Shown here: positions 43,889 through 45,797 of the stretch, piece after piece | Layout of the letters: the number at the start of each line of letters is the position of its first letter | Numbering within the stretch: position 1 is the stretch's first letter | NCBI GenBank assembly: GCA_001786395.1 | Contig: MFWN01000024.1 | Location: 27,697-73,493 of the forward strand | Direction of reading: 5' to 3' | Length of the DNA: 45,797 bases | DNA from: Candidatus Pacearchaeota archaeon RBG_13_36_9 | GTDB lineage: Archaea; Nanobdellota; Nanobdellia; Pacearchaeales; GW2011-AR1 | Notes under the pieces: model-generated | What the model was told of the DNA's origin: nothing | What the model saw: only the letters and a program-made list of their open reading frames with translations | Databases searched by the model: none | Program-made: the position numbers and the translations under genes

Positions 43889-44899
43889 ATGGAAAATGAA
43901 AATATTATCAAATTGGGAGTGAAGGCAATAGAGGCAAGTTTTATTATAATAGAGGTTGTTCTGTTATTCCTGCTGTTTTCTTTTTTCAGCTCTCCTGTAA
44001 GCGGAGGAATTGGAAATCCTAATACCACTGTTCAGACAACTCTGAATATCGGGGAGGTTTTTCCGGAAATTTTGAATGTAAGCATAAATGAGGGGGCTGA
44101 AACAATTACTTTAATCCCTAATCAGTCAGTAAATGTTTCGTGCGTTGGATTGATTAGAGACTATAATGGAGAGCTAAATTTAAGCACAGTTAGTGCAAGA
44201 TTTTTCCTTAATTCTGTGGGTTATGATGGAGCAGAGGACAACAATTCGATGTACAGGAACAGTTCCTGCACTTTTAATGAAACTACTAATAATTGGGCGG
44301 GAGTTCCAGATGATCCTTATCACGCTTTGGCAAATTGCACCTTTGAAATTTGGTATTTTGCAACTCCTGGAGTCTGGAATTGCACAATGTGGGTAAACGA
44401 CAGCACTAATTTTAATGACTCTAACAGCGATGATATTAATGTTTCTGAGCTTTTGGCTCTGGCTGTTCCTGACACAATAAACTATGGGCTAGTTAATGCA
44501 ACTGATGTTTCTAATGAGAATGTTACCAATGTCACAAATGTAGGGAATGTAATGTTTAACCTTAGCCTTAAGGGATATGCTTACAATGAAACAACTACTG
44601 CTAATCTAGCAATGAACTGCACTTTAGGAAATATAAAGAACATTTCAATTGAGCATGAGAAATATAATATGACTAGTTCAAATGACAGCGTCTTAAATCT
44701 GGGGCAGACTGCAGGCATTTATAAAAACCTGACTTCTTCAACAATTGTAGAGATGTTTAATCTGGGTTACAGGACAAATGATACAATCCAGGATGCAATA
44801 AATGCAACTTACTGGAGGATTTATGTTCCGTTAGGGGTTGCGGGAAGCTGCCAGGGGAATATTATATTTGGGGCTGTGCAGTCCGGAGCTTCACCTTAA
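43889..44899 (+). CDS. Secreted two-domain beta glycoprotein, C-terminal half fimbrial/WxL/SCPU-like
   Basis: Signal peptide, 2 nt from the upstream stop. 'INYGLV...VTNVGNV.FNLSL' and terminal 'YWRIYVPLGVAGSCQGNIIFGAV'. Confidence 0.7.
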   Translation: MENENIIKLGVKAIEASFIIIEVVLLFLLFSFFSSPVSGGIGNPNTTVQTTLNIGEVFPEILNVSINEGAETITLIPNQSVNVSCVGLIRDYNGELNLSTVSARFFLNSVGYDGAEDNNSMYRNSSCTFNETTNNWAGVPDDPYHALANCTFEIWYFATPGVWNCTMWVNDSTNFNDSNSDDINVSELLALAVPDTINYGLVNATDVSNENVTNVTNVGNVMFNLSLKGYAYNETTTANLAMNCTLGNIKNISIEHEKYNMTSSNDSVLNLGQTAGIYKNLTSSTIVEMFNLGYRTNDTIQDAINATYWRIYVPLGVAGSCQGNIIFGAVQSGASP

Positions 44900-44936
44900 G
44901 TTATATTTTTTGATTTAAAGTGAAAGGAGGTTTAAA

Positions 44937-45590
44937 ATGAGTTTGATGTTTTTGGCTGACGGAGTACTTAGTCCGTTATCCTCTGGGGCAAGTCCTTTGG
45001 AGGCATTTGCAGGGGCAGCTGTGGGTATTATGGTACTCTTTCTTTTGTTGGGTGTGGCAATATGGGTGTATATTGCTCTTGCGCATATGGCTATTGCCAG
45101 ACGTGCAGGACAAAATGACAGTATTTCCGGGCTTTCGTGGGTTTTGGGTTTTGGGCCTTTGCTAATTGCCTATATTCTTTCGGGGATGCACTGGTGGCCG
45201 TGGCTTCTTATGTTAATAACATTTTTGCTGCTGTATTTGGGATTTGCTTTAGTGCTCTTCTCACCAGTTTTAGGAGTTCTGTTCATTATCCTTAGTGTGA
45301 TTGGATTTTTGGTTTTTGGGGTGTATTCAATAATCTGGATGTGCAAGATGTTTAAGGCAGTTGGAAGATCTATTTGGTTTGCGTTACTGCTGGTAATACT
45401 GACTGTTGTAGGATATCCTTTGGCATTCTTAGGGGCATATATTCAAATTTTCGTACTAAGCTTAATTGGACTGCTGATTGTTTTGGCAGCAGGAATTTTG
45501 TACTTGGTATTTATAGGGATTGCAGCATGGGGGAGCAGAGGACAGGCGAGAGCACCTGCAGCAGCTAAGCCAGCTGCTAGAAAGAAGTAA
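44937..45590 (+). CDS. Multi-pass membrane protein of unknown function
   Basis: SD aaggaggt, about 6 hydrophobic helices, 'MAIARRAG', 'MFKAVGRS', Ala/Lys tail. Confidence 0.8.
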   Translation: MSLMFLADGVLSPLSSGASPLEAFAGAAVGIMVLFLLLGVAIWVYIALAHMAIARRAGQNDSISGLSWVLGFGPLLIAYILSGMHWWPWLLMLITFLLLYLGFALVLFSPVLGVLFIILSVIGFLVFGVYSIIWMCKMFKAVGRSIWFALLLVILTVVGYPLAFLGAYIQIFVLSLIGLLIVLAAGILYLVFIGIAAWGSRGQARAPAAAKPAARKK

Positions 45591-45591
45591 A

Positions 45592-45620
45592 TTTTTTCTT
45601 TTTTATTTTGTTGTTTGTTT
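45592..45620 (+). terminator. Archaeal-type oligo-T terminator
   Basis: Consecutive T tracts immediately after the stop codon. Confidence 0.5.
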
Positions 45621-45797
45621 ATATTGCTGTGATAATATTTAAAAAATTGAGAGGCATACGCCAACTCAATTTTTTCTTTTTAATTTTAATCTGAGGACCA
45701 TTCTATATTGGGGGGTTTGTTTTTGAGGAGAAGAACAGTATCTCCGAACGTAATTAATCATTCTTAAATTACTCCAAAAAGTTTAAATACTTAACCT

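Noticed and set aside
42237..44899. Type IV pilins or archaellins
   Set aside because: No class III signal peptide (K/R-G followed by a retained hydrophobic helix), and no assembly ATPase or TadC in the window.
1725..45664. Remaining short ORFs nested in or antisense to long genes
   Set aside because: They overlap well-supported CDSs and show no motifs or translation signals.

Overview
AT-rich (about one third GC by eye), gene-dense archaeal region with no rRNA, tRNA, CRISPR or transposase that I can see. TATA/BRE promoters, sequon-rich surface proteins and the gene families suggest a DPANN archaeon (Pace/Woesearchaeota-like). This is inference, as no marker gene is present. Four blocks: (1) 1-7817, a 5'-truncated giant secreted Ig/PKD glycoprotein plus a PGF-pre-PGF-like protein. 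(2) 7814-15573, a divergent pair of small paralogs, a KaiC/RAD55 ATPase, a tandem-V4R protein and an isoprenoid cluster (FAD reductase-like, degenerate UbiA, YjbQ, eukaryote-type-III-like GGPP synthase, type-1 IDI), then radC and a wHTH. (3) 16035-34127, a signalling island built from a repeated module: stand-alone receiver + P-loop-less KaiC-like (DUF835-like) protein + membrane-anchored Ig domain. It also holds two His kinases, two kinase-less PAS sensors ending in a GRE(L/V)KM helix, an Lrp regulator and its frameshifted remnant. (4) 34254-45590, an unannotated RHH gene, a 2315-aa adhesin-like protein whose C-terminal domain is homologous to two small secreted proteins downstream, and a wHTH/dead-nucleotidyltransferase regulator with four phased palindromes. 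Block 4 is a candidate undescribed non-type-IV archaeal filament/fimbrial system. All family calls come from motif recognition, without database searches.
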